A stretch of DNA of 25,451 bases from Nitrospiraceae bacterium (GTDB lineage Bacteria; Nitrospirota; Nitrospiria; Nitrospirales; Nitrospiraceae): contig DATHTZ010000792.1 in NCBI GenBank assembly GCA_035462675.1, forward strand, positions 1 to 25,451, written 5' to 3'. The notes beneath the pieces are model-generated. The model ran no database searches. It was not told the DNA's origin and worked only from the letters and a program-made list of their open reading frames with translations. The position numbers and the translations under genes were made by a program. The first letter of the stretch is position 1. Each line of letters begins with the position of its first letter. Below, piece after piece: positions 5,802-15,498 of this stretch.

Positions 5802-7516
5802 CTGCCGGCCCTTCTCCTGGTCGCCGCTATGTAATGCTGCTCCTGCTGCTGTGTGGGTTCAGCATTATCCTCTTTCGGCTGGTGACGCTCCAAGTGCTTC
5901 AAGCAGCAGAACTTACGGCCAAAGCCGATCGGCAACATCAAAAGACCGTATCTTTCGAGGGGGCCAGAGGCATGGTCTCGGATCGGCACGGCAAAGTATT
6001 CGCGATGAATGTGGAGGTGCCCTCCGTGTTCGGCGTACCGACGTCGCTGGAAAGCCCATCGACTGTTGCACGTCATCTTGCCCCGGTGCTCCACATTCGA
6101 ATCGATGAGCTTGAGAAAAAGCTTCGGCAAGACAAGAGCTTTGTGTGGTTGGCGCGAAAGGTCGAGCCTGAGCAAGGCCGTCGGCTGGAGCAGTTGTCGT
6201 TGGACGGCATCGGTATGGTGATGGAGGGGCGGCGGTTTTACCCCAAGGGCCCGCTGCTGGCTCATGTTCTAGGATTTTCCGGGATGGATGGGCAAGGGCT
6301 TGAGGGTCTCGAGCGCCGATACGATTCGTACCTGCACGGAGAGAAGCGCGTTACTGTGTTACAGCGCGATGCGTTAGGCCGCACGGTGTTTCCCAAGGAT
6401 GTAGCGGAGCAAGCGCCGATGCCGGGACATGCGGTTACGCTGACCGTCGACGAGGTCATCCAATACATTGCCGAAAAAGAACTCGAAGAGGCCGTTACTC
6501 ATTCTCGTGCCAAGTCCGGGACGATCATCGTCATGGAGCCGCAATCTGGTGCGATTCTCGCGATGGCCGTCAGTCCACGATTCGATCCGAATGTCGTTGC
6601 TGCACTGACGCCCGATCGGTGGCGCAATCGTGCTCTGACCGACACGTACGAGCCTGGGTCGACGATGAAAGCGATGGTTGCGGCCGCGGCGCTTGAAGAA
6701 AAAGTGATGGCGCCCGGCTCCATGGTTTTCGGTGAAAACGGCCAGATGGTGATCGCAAATACGACGATTCATGACCATGACAAGTTGGGCTGGATGACAT
6801 TCTCGGAGGCGATTCAAAAGTCCAGCAACATCGGAGCCGCCAAAGCCGGGATGGCCCTTGGAGAGCAGCGGCTCTACCGGTATCTCCAAGCATTTGGGTT
6901 CGGCCAACGTACTGAGATCGATCTGCCGGGTGAAGTGAGTGGGCTCTTGAAGGCGCCAAAAAACTGGGGCCGTCGATCGCTCGCGTCGATTTCGATGGGA
7001 CAGGAGATCGGCGTGACGCCCCTTCAGATGGTGTCGGCTATGTCGATTCTCGCCAATGAAGGCGTGTTGATGAAGCCGTACGTGGTATCCGAAGTGCGCG
7101 ATCAAAAAGGCCGCGTGTTGAAGGAGGTACGGCCACAAGTGAAGCGGCGAGTCGTATCACCGGACACGGCTCGGACGATGACAACGATGCTGGAAGGTGT
7201 CGTGACAAATGGGACGGGAACGAAGGCGGCCATTCCGGGTTTCCGCGTGGCAGGTAAAACAGGGACCGCGCAAAAAATCGATCCACGGACCGGCGCCTAT
7301 TCCTCCACGCAGCTTGTCGGGTCGTTTGTTGGATATGTTCCGGCAGAATCTCCGCGGCTGGCGATGATTGTGGTCATCGATGAACCTCAAGGCGAATCCT
7401 GGGGCGGGGTCGTGGCGGCGCCTGTCTTTCGGCGGGTCGGGGAGCAGGTACTCAACTATCTTGGTGTGTCCAGAGAAGACACGGTAAAAATCGCACTGGC
7501 AATGAGGGACCACTAA
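5798..7516 (+). CDS. ftsI: Peptidoglycan D,D-transpeptidase FtsI (PBP3, class B PBP)
   Basis: TM anchor, RG.V.DR.G dimerisation domain, SxxK (EPGSTMK), SxN (KSSNIG) and KTG (GKTGTAQK) motifs; no PASTA domain visible. Confidence 0.95.
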   Translation: MTAGPSPGRRYVMLLLLLCGFSIILFRLVTLQVLQAAELTAKADRQHQKTVSFEGARGMVSDRHGKVFAMNVEVPSVFGVPTSLESPSTVARHLAPVLHIRIDELEKKLRQDKSFVWLARKVEPEQGRRLEQLSLDGIGMVMEGRRFYPKGPLLAHVLGFSGMDGQGLEGLERRYDSYLHGEKRVTVLQRDALGRTVFPKDVAEQAPMPGHAVTLTVDEVIQYIAEKELEEAVTHSRAKSGTIIVMEPQSGAILAMAVSPRFDPNVVAALTPDRWRNRALTDTYEPGSTMKAMVAAAALEEKVMAPGSMVFGENGQMVIANTTIHDHDKLGWMTFSEAIQKSSNIGAAKAGMALGEQRLYRYLQAFGFGQRTEIDLPGEVSGLLKAPKNWGRRSLASISMGQEIGVTPLQMVSAMSILANEGVLMKPYVVSEVRDQKGRVLKEVRPQVKRRVVSPDTARTMTTMLEGVVTNGTGTKAAIPGFRVAGKTGTAQKIDPRTGAYSSTQLVGSFVGYVPAESPRLAMIVVIDEPQGESWGGVVAAPVFRRVGEQVLNYLGVSREDTVKIALAMRDH

Positions 7517-7522
7517 ACGGCC

Positions 7523-9040
7523 ATGGCGCGCGATCCCGTTGCCCTCACACAGTTGCTCGCGGCGCTCCATGAGCAGGTCGAGATTCTGGAACAGCGTGGA
7601 GATATGAGTCGCCTGATCCATGCGATCACGGACGATTCGCGGGCCGTGATGGGTGAGAGTCTCTTTGTCGCCGTGAAGGGCGAGCGCGTTGATGGGCACG
7701 GATTTATCGAGCAGGCGATCAAGGCCGGAGCGGTTGTGGTGGTCGCGCAGGCGCCAGTGTCGTCAGGGCCGGTACCGTTTGTGCGGGTGAATGATTCACG
7801 CAAGGCTCTCGGTCTTCTCGGCAGCCGGTTTCATAGAGATCCTTCCACGCATCTCAAGATGATTGGAGTGACGGGTACAAATGGGAAGACGACGACGACA
7901 TATCTCTGCAAAGCTTTACTGGAAGGGATAGGCCGGCGGGTAGGATTGATCGGTACGGTGGGGTATCAGATCGGGCAGGAAACACTTCCTGCCCCTCACA
8001 CGACGCCCGGCGCACTCGACCTTCAAGCGCTCTTGGCGAAGATGGTCGAGAGCAGACTCACCACTGCAGTGATGGAAGTATCGTCCCACGCCCTCGCGTT
8101 AGACCGAACAGCGGGTTGCGAGTATGACATGGCGGTCTTCACAAACCTGACGCAGGATCACCTCGATTTTCATCACACCATGGACGAGTACTGTGAGGCG
8201 AAGTTGCGACTCTTTACCGGGTTAGCCGGAGGGCGGAAAGCCGGGAAGCGCGCGATTATCAATATGGACGATCCACGCGGGAATGCGATCCGGGCGGCCT
8301 GTCCTGTGCCGGTCTGGGGCTATGCCTTGAAGAGCCGGTCCGATCTCCAAGCGGAAGGAGTGCGTCTCTCACTGACCGGGACCGTTTTTACTGCGGCAAC
8401 TCCATCGGGATCGTTTTCCGTCGAGAGCCGGTTGGTCGGGGAGCACAACGTTTACAACTTATTGGGGGCGATTGGGGTGGCGCTGCACAACGGGGCGACG
8501 ACTGATCAGATCTGCGAAGCGACTGCCCATATCACGAATGTCCCCGGTCGCTTCGAGCGGGTCTCGTCCGGGCAAGATTTTACCGTCGTCGTCGATTATG
8601 CCCATACGGAAGATGCGCTCCTCAGGCTACTGACGGCAGCGCAGACATTAAAGACTGATCGGATCATTACAGTGTTTGGGTGCGGTGGTGACCGGGATCG
8701 AGGGAAGCGGCCCAAGATGGGGCGTGCTGCTGTGGAATACAGTGACGTGGTGATCTTGACATCCGATAATCCTCGAACCGAGGACCCGATGGCGATCCTC
8801 CATGAAGTCGAGATCGGCGTGCGCGATGCGCTAGCGCGCCGCGCACATGTGCAGTATCACTTGGTGCCGGATCGCCATGAGGCGATCGGCGCAGCCATTC
8901 GCGAGGCGCGACAAGGCGATATGGTGCTCATAGCCGGCAAGGGGCATGAGGACTATCAAATCATCGGCACCAAGAAGTTCCATTTTGACGACCGTGAGGT
9001 GGCTCGCGAGGCGATTCAGCAATTGCGGAATTGCGCGTGA
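7523..9040 (+). CDS. murE: UDP-N-acetylmuramoyl-L-alanyl-D-glutamate--2,6-diaminopimelate ligase
   Basis: GVTGTNGKTTT P-loop, MEVSSHAL, TNLTQDHLDFH, DYAHT, GCGGDRD..KRP.MG, SDNPR (meso-DAP specificity motif), AGKGHE.YQ. Confidence 0.97.
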   Translation: MARDPVALTQLLAALHEQVEILEQRGDMSRLIHAITDDSRAVMGESLFVAVKGERVDGHGFIEQAIKAGAVVVVAQAPVSSGPVPFVRVNDSRKALGLLGSRFHRDPSTHLKMIGVTGTNGKTTTTYLCKALLEGIGRRVGLIGTVGYQIGQETLPAPHTTPGALDLQALLAKMVESRLTTAVMEVSSHALALDRTAGCEYDMAVFTNLTQDHLDFHHTMDEYCEAKLRLFTGLAGGRKAGKRAIINMDDPRGNAIRAACPVPVWGYALKSRSDLQAEGVRLSLTGTVFTAATPSGSFSVESRLVGEHNVYNLLGAIGVALHNGATTDQICEATAHITNVPGRFERVSSGQDFTVVVDYAHTEDALLRLLTAAQTLKTDRIITVFGCGGDRDRGKRPKMGRAAVEYSDVVILTSDNPRTEDPMAILHEVEIGVRDALARRAHVQYHLVPDRHEAIGAAIREARQGDMVLIAGKGHEDYQIIGTKKFHFDDREVAREAIQQLRNCA

Positions 9041-9081
9041 GAGTTCAGGGCGCGGTCGGGGTCGCACAGGATCGGGAATCG

Positions 9082-10536
9082 ATGGGATTCTTTACGGTCG
9101 AGGAGCTGCGAGAAGTCATCAGCGTGAAGGTGCTCACGGGACAGGACTCGTTATCGGGGAAGCGCCGGATTAGACAGATCAGCACGGACTCCCGATCGGT
9201 TCGCCGTGGCGATCTCTTTGTCGCGCTCAGAGGCGATCGATTTGATGGTCATGAATTTGTGCCGGCCGTATTTGCACAGGGGGCAGCGGGAGCCATCGTT
9301 CACGATGAATACCGCCTTCCTTCAAGCTTCTCAGCGGTACGCCGGACCGAGAGGCAATCTGCGCCCTTTCTCTTCGGTGTGCGTGACCCACTGTTTGCCT
9401 ATCAACAGTTGGCGACGCATCATCGTAGTCGATTCCATATCCCTGTCGTGGCGGTGACCGGGAGCAACGGCAAGACCACGACGAAAGAGATGGTGGCGGC
9501 GGTGTTAGCTCAACGGTGGCCGGTGTTGAAGACGGAAGGGAATTTCAACAATCGGATCGGTGTGCCGCATACTCTGTTCCGGATCACGGCTCGGCACCGA
9601 GCGGCCGTCATTGAGATGGGGGTGGATCGGCAGGGGCAGACGACCAGGCTCTGTGAGATTGTCCGGCCCACGATTGGGGTAATTACCAATATTGGACCCG
9701 ATCACCTCGAGTTCTTCGGAAGCATGGAAGGATCGGCACAGGCCAAGGCGGAATTGTTGGACCTGCTTCCGGCCGATGGCACGGCGATCGTGAATGCCGA
9801 CGATCCGTACTTTGACTATCTCGCTGCGCGTGCGCGCTGTCGTGTCATGTCGTTTGGATTTTCGGAGATGGCTGATGTCCGTGCGAGCGGGGTGACGTCC
9901 GATGTTCGCCAGGGAACAGCTTTCCGTTTGCATCTCCCTGGAAAGAGCCGTCCCACGATGTGCCGAATCAAGGTGCATGGCGTCCACAATGTTACCAATG
10001 CGCTCGCCGCGGCGGCGGTGGGTGCCGCCTTGAACCTGTCCGGTTCGATGATTGCCCAGGGGCTGGGCAGATTTCGTCCTGCAGAGATGCGGTCGCAGGT
10101 GCTGACCCATCAGGGCGTCCATATTATCAACGATTGTTACAACGCCAACCCTGCGTCGATGAAAGCGGCGCTCCAATTGCTGGCCCAGTGGAGTCCTGCA
10201 CGCGAACGGATTGCCGTGTTGGGAGATATGCTCGAACTTGGCCCTAAGACCGGCCAGATGCACCGGGAAGTCGGGCGGTTTCTTGCCGCACAGGGGCTGG
10301 CGCGGCTGATCGTCTGTGGAATGTTGGGTCGGGACATCGCGGAAGGCGCTCGGCAGGGCGGGATGGCAGGTTCGCAGATCGACGAAGTGGTCGATGCGAC
10401 GGCTGCGGCCGATTACCTCAAGAGGATCGTGCGGCAAGGTGACGTGGTGTTGGTGAAGGCCTCTCGCGGTATGAAAATGGAACAGGTTGTACAGGCTCTG
10501 ACGGGGATGAGGGCAGTCATCAAGCAGGCATCGTAA
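9082..10536 (+). CDS. murF: UDP-N-acetylmuramoyl-tripeptide--D-alanyl-D-alanine ligase
   Basis: STDSRS, FVALRGDRFDGH, AVTGSNGKTTTKEM, NFNNRIGVP, NDCYNANPASM, VLGDMLELG, VLVKASRG. The ATG at 9082 is preferred over the track GTG at 9031. Confidence 0.96.
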   Translation: MGFFTVEELREVISVKVLTGQDSLSGKRRIRQISTDSRSVRRGDLFVALRGDRFDGHEFVPAVFAQGAAGAIVHDEYRLPSSFSAVRRTERQSAPFLFGVRDPLFAYQQLATHHRSRFHIPVVAVTGSNGKTTTKEMVAAVLAQRWPVLKTEGNFNNRIGVPHTLFRITARHRAAVIEMGVDRQGQTTRLCEIVRPTIGVITNIGPDHLEFFGSMEGSAQAKAELLDLLPADGTAIVNADDPYFDYLAARARCRVMSFGFSEMADVRASGVTSDVRQGTAFRLHLPGKSRPTMCRIKVHGVHNVTNALAAAAVGAALNLSGSMIAQGLGRFRPAEMRSQVLTHQGVHIINDCYNANPASMKAALQLLAQWSPARERIAVLGDMLELGPKTGQMHREVGRFLAAQGLARLIVCGMLGRDIAEGARQGGMAGSQIDEVVDATAAADYLKRIVRQGDVVLVKASRGMKMEQVVQALTGMRAVIKQAS

Positions 10537-10539
10537 GGG

Positions 10540-10580
10540 GTCGGCGTCCACCCGACTCAGAGGCGGGTGGACAGGCCGGC
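10540..10580. other. GC-rich intergenic hairpin between murF and mraY (no U-tract)
   Basis: GTCCACCCG 10546-10554 / CGGGTGGAC 10564-10572 is a perfect 9-bp stem, extendable through GTCGGC/GCCGGC. Confidence 0.55.
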
Positions 10581-10602
10581 TCAACGGTAAGGTAAAGACC
10601 GC

Positions 10603-11679
10603 ATGCTCTACAACTGGCTGTATCCGTTTCATACGGAATACTCATTTCTGAACGTCTTTCGGTATTTAAGTTTCCGGATCATCTATGGGGCTGTGACGGC
10701 GTTCTTGATTGCCTTCGTGCTGGCTCCTTGGGTGATCAGGAAGTTGCAAGAGATTAAGCTGGGCCAGCAGATTCGCGCCGACGGTCCCAAACGTCACTTG
10801 GTCAAGAGCGGTACGCCCACCATGGGAGGGATTCTCATCCTCTTCGCGGTGGTCCTTTCAACGCTCCTCTGGGCCGATATTGCAAGGCCCTATGTGTGGC
10901 TTGTACTCCTTGCCATGCTGGGGTTTGGAGCGATTGGATTTATTGACGACTATCTCAAGTTCATCAAAACCCAATCGAAGGGGTTATCGGCAGGACAAAA
11001 ATTCACGGCGCAAGTGGCGGTGGCCTTGGCGATCGCGCTGGTCCTCTATTTCTTGCCTGGCTATACGACCAAGCTCAGCATTCCGTTTTTCAAGAATGTC
11101 GTTCCGGATCTCGGCTTATTGTATGTCGCCTTTGCCGTGCTGGTTATTGTGGGGAGCTCCAACGCCGTCAATCTGACCGATGGCCTTGATGGGCTCGCGA
11201 TCGGGCCTGTCATGATCGCGGCGATGGCCTACACGATTGTGGCCTATGTGACCGGCCATCGACTCATGTCGGACTATCTGCTTATCCCGCACATCGAAGG
11301 TGCAGGTGAGCTCGCGGTGTTCACTGCCGCTATTCTGGGGGCGAGCTTGGGATTTTTGTGGTTCAATACCTATCCGGCTTCCGTGTTCATGGGGGATGTG
11401 GGGTCCCTTCCACTGGGAGCAGCGCTGGGCACGGTTGCCGTGATCAGCAAGCATGAGCTGCTGCTGTTGATGGTCGGTGGCGTGTTCGTGATCGAAGCGG
11501 TCTCGGTCATTTTTCAAGTCATCTCGTTTAAGTCGCGCGGAAAACGCATTTTTCTCATGGCGCCCATCCATCATCATTTTGAGATGAAAGGGTGGGAGGA
11601 GCCCAAGGTGGTGGTGCGTCTGTGGATCATCGCCATCCTGTTGGCGTTGTTGAGTCTGAGTACCTTAAAGCTACGGTAA
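10603..11679 (+). CDS. mraY: Phospho-N-acetylmuramoyl-pentapeptide transferase
   Basis: [49 protein letters not shown]; polytopic membrane protein. Confidence 0.98.
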   Translation: MLYNWLYPFHTEYSFLNVFRYLSFRIIYGAVTAFLIAFVLAPWVIRKLQEIKLGQQIRADGPKRHLVKSGTPTMGGILILFAVVLSTLLWADIARPYVWLVLLAMLGFGAIGFIDDYLKFIKTQSKGLSAGQKFTAQVAVALAIALVLYFLPGYTTKLSIPFFKNVVPDLGLLYVAFAVLVIVGSSNAVNLTDGLDGLAIGPVMIAAMAYTIVAYVTGHRLMSDYLLIPHIEGAGELAVFTAAILGASLGFLWFNTYPASVFMGDVGSLPLGAALGTVAVISKHELLLLMVGGVFVIEAVSVIFQVISFKSRGKRIFLMAPIHHHFEMKGWEEPKVVVRLWIIAILLALLSLSTLKLR

Positions 11680-11683
11680 CGGC

Positions 11684-13093
11684 ATGGTGGGAGAAGCAGT
11701 TGTGGAACTTGCGGGAGCGCGTGTCACGGTCATGGGGCTTGCGAGAAGCGGTGTAGCGGCTTGCCGGTTGCTCCAGGCGGCGGGAGCACGTGTCACGGTG
11801 GCGGATCGCAAGGAGCCAGCGGAACTGGCATCGGTGCTCGGCGGCATCGACCGCGATCACGTCGGCATCACTGTTGGGGCGAGGTACGAATCGTCTCTCG
11901 ACGAGGCGGACCTCGTGGTGATTAGTCCAGGAGTCCCCTATCGACTGGCCTCCCTCGAAGCGATGCGCCGGCGCGGTGTGAAGGTGATCAGCGAATTAGA
12001 GCTGGCCTCGCAGTTTTTCCGAAGCCCACTCCTGGCCATTACAGGTACCAACGGCAAGAGCACGACGGTGACTCTGATCGGCAAGTGTCTCGCCGAGAGC
12101 GGCAAGCGAACGTTTGTCGGCGGCAATTTGGGCACCGCCTTGAGCGAAGCGGCGGTGGAAGACCTTCGTGCCGGCCAAGCAGGGAAGCCGAGTCCGTTCG
12201 ACTATCTCGTCGTCGAGGTCTCCAGTTTCCAGCTGGAGACCATCGATCGATTCCATCCCTGGATTGCGGCCCTGCTCAATGTGACGGTCGATCACCAGGA
12301 CCGGTATGAATCGCTCAGTGAGTACGTCGCGGCGAAACAGCGGATCTTCGAGAACCAAACTGTGTCAGATTTTGCGCTTTTCAACCTTGATGATGAACGT
12401 GTGGCAGCGTTGCGGCATCACGTTCGCTCGACAAGGTTGGGGTTTACGAGTGGGGCGACGATCGGCGCCGATATGCATGGGGGAACCTACCTCGAAGACG
12501 ACAGGATCGTGACGACGGTGACCGGGGTACGGCAGGAGATTTGTCGCCGAAGCGAGATCCGCATCATCGGCAACCACAATGTAGGAAATGTCATGGCGGC
12601 TACGACCTATGCCCTGCTATGCGGTTGTCCGCTCGACGCGATTCGTCGTGTCCTCGCGACGTTTCCCGGACTCGAACATGCCCTTGAAATCGTCCGTGAG
12701 CGTCGGGGGGTCCGATTTGTGAACGATTCGAAGGGGACAAATGTCGATGCCACGCTCAAAGCGCTGGAGAGTATTGATCAACCGATTTGGCTCATTGCCG
12801 GCGGACGGGATAAGGGGGGCGATTTTTCTCGACTTGCCCAGGCGGTTAGTCGGCGGGTCACGAGCGTGATTCTGATCGGAGAAGCGGCGTCGCTGTTGCG
12901 ACAGGCTTGGAAGGGTGTTGCGACGATGACCGAGGCGGCCACCCTACGAGAAGCCGTGGATCTTGCGGCACAGGGGGCATTGCCGGGTGACGTGGTGTTG
13001 TTATCCCCGGCCTGTGCCAGCTTCGACATGTTTGCGGACTATCAAGACCGTGGTCGACAATTCAAGGCATTGGTTCATGCGTTACCAGCGTGA
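11684..13093 (+). CDS. murD: UDP-N-acetylmuramoyl-L-alanine--D-glutamate ligase
   Basis: [63 protein letters not shown]. Confidence 0.97.
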   Translation: MVGEAVVELAGARVTVMGLARSGVAACRLLQAAGARVTVADRKEPAELASVLGGIDRDHVGITVGARYESSLDEADLVVISPGVPYRLASLEAMRRRGVKVISELELASQFFRSPLLAITGTNGKSTTVTLIGKCLAESGKRTFVGGNLGTALSEAAVEDLRAGQAGKPSPFDYLVVEVSSFQLETIDRFHPWIAALLNVTVDHQDRYESLSEYVAAKQRIFENQTVSDFALFNLDDERVAALRHHVRSTRLGFTSGATIGADMHGGTYLEDDRIVTTVTGVRQEICRRSEIRIIGNHNVGNVMAATTYALLCGCPLDAIRRVLATFPGLEHALEIVRERRGVRFVNDSKGTNVDATLKALESIDQPIWLIAGGRDKGGDFSRLAQAVSRRVTSVILIGEAASLLRQAWKGVATMTEAATLREAVDLAAQGALPGDVVLLSPACASFDMFADYQDRGRQFKALVHALPA

Positions 13094-13125
13094 CGTGCAA
13101 GGTGAGGGAGGGGCGGTTCTGAGCC

Positions 13126-14316
13126 ATGGCGCATCGATCAGCGGGGACTCTGGCGCTCCCATGGTCCCAGCCCACCGGCCAACGATCGGGCAAGCAACGG
13201 GTGGCGGCAGACCACATGCTCCTGGCGGTCACCATGATCCTGGTGGTGGTGGGACTCGTCATGGTATTCAGCGCAAGCGCCATTGTGGCGGGCAACCGGT
13301 TTCAGGATCCAGGATTTTATCTGAAGCGGCAGGTCGCCTGGCTCGCCTTCGGTTTTCTGTTGATGCATCTCGCGTCGCGTATCGATTACACGTTCTGGAG
13401 AAAAATCTCCATTCCGATATTGGCCTGCACCTTGCTGCTGCTCGTCATGGTGCTGATGCCGTCTTTCGGCTTGTCGGCCAAGGGAGCGCGCCGATGGCTG
13501 CCGTTAGGGCTTATTTCAGTACAGCCGGCGGAAATGGTCAAGCTTGTAGCGGTCATTTATCTGGCAGCGTATCTGAGCAAAAAAGCGGACAAGATCAGGC
13601 TGTTTCGCGATGGCTTGCTTCCTGCCCTGATCGTGATCGGACTGCTGAGCGGACTGGTGCTGCTCGAACCGGATCTTGGGACGGTTGTGGTGCTTGGGCT
13701 GGTGACAATCGGAATGTGTTTTCTCGCCGGGGCGCGGATCTCCCATCTCTTGGCTTTAGGCCTCTGTGCGATTCCAGCCGTATTGGCGCTGGTACTTGGT
13801 TCCAGTTATCGGCGTCAGCGGCTCATGACATTTCTTGCTCCGTGGAAGGATCCGTCGGATGCCGGGTTCCAAATCACCCAGTCTTTCTTGGCCTTCGGCA
13901 GCGGCGGTCCGTTCGGAGTAGGATTGGGCGAAGGCAAACAGAAGCTCTATTTCCTCCCGGAGGCGCATACAGATTTTGTCTTGGCGCTGGTCGGCGAAGA
14001 GCTGGGGCTCATCGGCACCGCCACGGTCATCCTGTTATTTGTATTTTTTGTCTGGCGAGGGATTCAGATCGCCGCGCGTGCGCGGGCGCCGTTTGGCCGC
14101 TATCTGGGCATGGGCATTACCTTGTTGATCGGCGTACAGGCGTTGGTGAATGCGGCGGTGGTGACAGGGCTTTTGCCGACGAAAGGACTCACCTTACCTT
14201 TCGTGAGCTACGGAGGGTCGTCACTGGTGGTCAGTCTTGTCGGGGTGGGGATCTTGCTCAGCATTTCTCGGGACCGGCATGCCGGTGGGTCACGCGGTGG
14301 GTCGGATCACGGATGA
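13126..14316 (+). CDS. ftsW: SEDS family peptidoglycan polymerase FtsW
   Basis: MVFSAS, GARRWL.LG..SVQPAEMVK, EPDLGT, YRRQRL..FL.PW.DP..AGFQ..QS..AFGSGG, LPEAHTDFV..L.GEELG, PTKGLTLPFVSYGGSSL. GAGGGAGG Shine-Dalgarno upstream. Confidence 0.96.
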   Translation: MAHRSAGTLALPWSQPTGQRSGKQRVAADHMLLAVTMILVVVGLVMVFSASAIVAGNRFQDPGFYLKRQVAWLAFGFLLMHLASRIDYTFWRKISIPILACTLLLLVMVLMPSFGLSAKGARRWLPLGLISVQPAEMVKLVAVIYLAAYLSKKADKIRLFRDGLLPALIVIGLLSGLVLLEPDLGTVVVLGLVTIGMCFLAGARISHLLALGLCAIPAVLALVLGSSYRRQRLMTFLAPWKDPSDAGFQITQSFLAFGSGGPFGVGLGEGKQKLYFLPEAHTDFVLALVGEELGLIGTATVILLFVFFVWRGIQIAARARAPFGRYLGMGITLLIGVQALVNAAVVTGLLPTKGLTLPFVSYGGSSLVVSLVGVGILLSISRDRHAGGSRGGSDHG

Positions 14317-15431
14317 CGATCGTTGTTGCAGCAGGAGGAACCGGTGGGCATCTCTATCCGGCTGTGGCGTTGGCGCGAGAGTTTATCCAGAGAGATCCTA
14401 GGACTAAGGTCCTCTTTGTGGGGACGACGCGTGGACTTGAGTCGAGCGTGCTCGCCCACGAGGGGCTCGAACTGGGTTTGATCAGTGCCAAGCCAGTGAT
14501 GGGCAAGGGTCTGTTCGGGGCGCTGGCGGGATTGTGTGCGCTGCCGGTCAGTCTGTGGCAGTGCCTGAGAATCTTGCGAACCAGAAGGGCAGATCTGGTA
14601 ATCGGGGTCGGTGGCTATACGAGTCCAATGATGCTGCTTGCAGCAGCTTTGGCCGGGGTGGCGCGCGTGATTCTTGAGCCGAATGCACATCCTGGCATGG
14701 CCAACAAAGCGGTGGGGCCGTTCGCTCAGCGCGTCTTTCTCGCATTCGAGTCGGCAGCCGATTCGTTCGACCGTTCCAAGGTGCGTGTGGTGGGGACCCC
14801 GATCCGCAAGGCGTTCCTGGAAGGTATTGAGCAGAACCGAGAGAAGTCAGGATCGCCACATCTGCTGATTTTTGGGGGAAGTCAGGGGGCAAAGGCGATG
14901 AACACAGCGGTGATGGAAGGATTATCCGATTTGATGACGCAGCTGCCGCACCTCACGGTGACCCACCAGACCGGCGAGTCCGACCATGCGCGGGTAGCTG
15001 AGGCCTATCGTCGCGCCGGCGTCGAGTCACACGTCATGTCGTTTATCTTTGACATGCCTGCCGCATTACGGCAGGCGGATCTCGTGGTAGCGAGAGCCGG
15101 AGCTATGACGGTGGCGGAGCTCACGGCGTGCGGAAAGCCGGCCATCCTCATTCCGTTGCCGTCTGCCATCTACGATCATCAGACACGGAATGCCAAGGTA
15201 ATGGAAACGGCCGGGGCTGCTGTGTTGCTTCCGCAATCTGAGCTCACCGGCATCCTGTTGGTCCACACGGTGGCGGGCATTCTCGGGGATCCTGAGCGAT
15301 TGCGGGCAATGAGTGAGGCCAGTCTATCTTTGCGGCGAATCGATGCGGCCGAGGTCATCGTCCGCGAATGTTACACGCTCATGGGGGGGCATCATGATGT
15401 TCACCGGTCTGTTGGAGCGGCAGGAGACTAA
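14313..15431 (+). CDS. murG: Undecaprenyldiphospho-muramoylpentapeptide beta-N-acetylglucosaminyltransferase
   Basis: AAGGTGGHLYPA, GVGGYTS, EPNAHPGMANK, GGSQGA, HQTG, ARAGAMTVAEL. The start is an ATGA overlap with the ftsW stop; the 822-aa track ORF carries a 450-codon upstream extension. Confidence 0.96.
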   Translation: MTIVVAAGGTGGHLYPAVALAREFIQRDPRTKVLFVGTTRGLESSVLAHEGLELGLISAKPVMGKGLFGALAGLCALPVSLWQCLRILRTRRADLVIGVGGYTSPMMLLAAALAGVARVILEPNAHPGMANKAVGPFAQRVFLAFESAADSFDRSKVRVVGTPIRKAFLEGIEQNREKSGSPHLLIFGGSQGAKAMNTAVMEGLSDLMTQLPHLTVTHQTGESDHARVAEAYRRAGVESHVMSFIFDMPAALRQADLVVARAGAMTVAELTACGKPAILIPLPSAIYDHQTRNAKVMETAGAAVLLPQSELTGILLVHTVAGILGDPERLRAMSEASLSLRRIDAAEVIVRECYTLMGGHHDVHRSVGAAGD

Positions 15432-15467
15432 TGGTATTGGGCAACGTGGACAGGGATCAGGGGTGTA

Positions 15468-15483
15468 TCCACCGGTCGGTGGA
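15468..15483. other. Short intergenic hairpin between murG and murC
   Basis: TCCACC 15468-15473, loop GGTC, GGTGGA 15478-15483. Confidence 0.4.
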
Positions 15484-15498
15484 GTAAGGCGTACGCCG

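Noticed and set aside
9505-10632. 375-aa minus-strand ORF antisense to murF (and similar antisense ORFs under rsmH, ftsI, ftsA and ftsZ)
   Set aside because: They fully overlap well-supported essential genes on the opposite strand and show no recognisable domains; long antisense ORFs are expected at this GC content.
13576-13587. AAAAAAG run in ftsW as a programmed -1 frameshift site yielding an FtsW-MurG fusion
   Set aside because: It is read as AGC AAA AAA GCG, not in the A_AAA_AAG phase. The product would lose most FtsW helices and carry ~240 junk residues.
15313-15498. 62-aa N-terminal extension on MurC (and shorter ones on RsmH, MurF, FtsQ and DivIVA in the ORF track)
   Set aside because: These are artefacts of taking the most upstream start. 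The MurC extension overlaps the murG 3' end, and family homology begins at the downstream Met.
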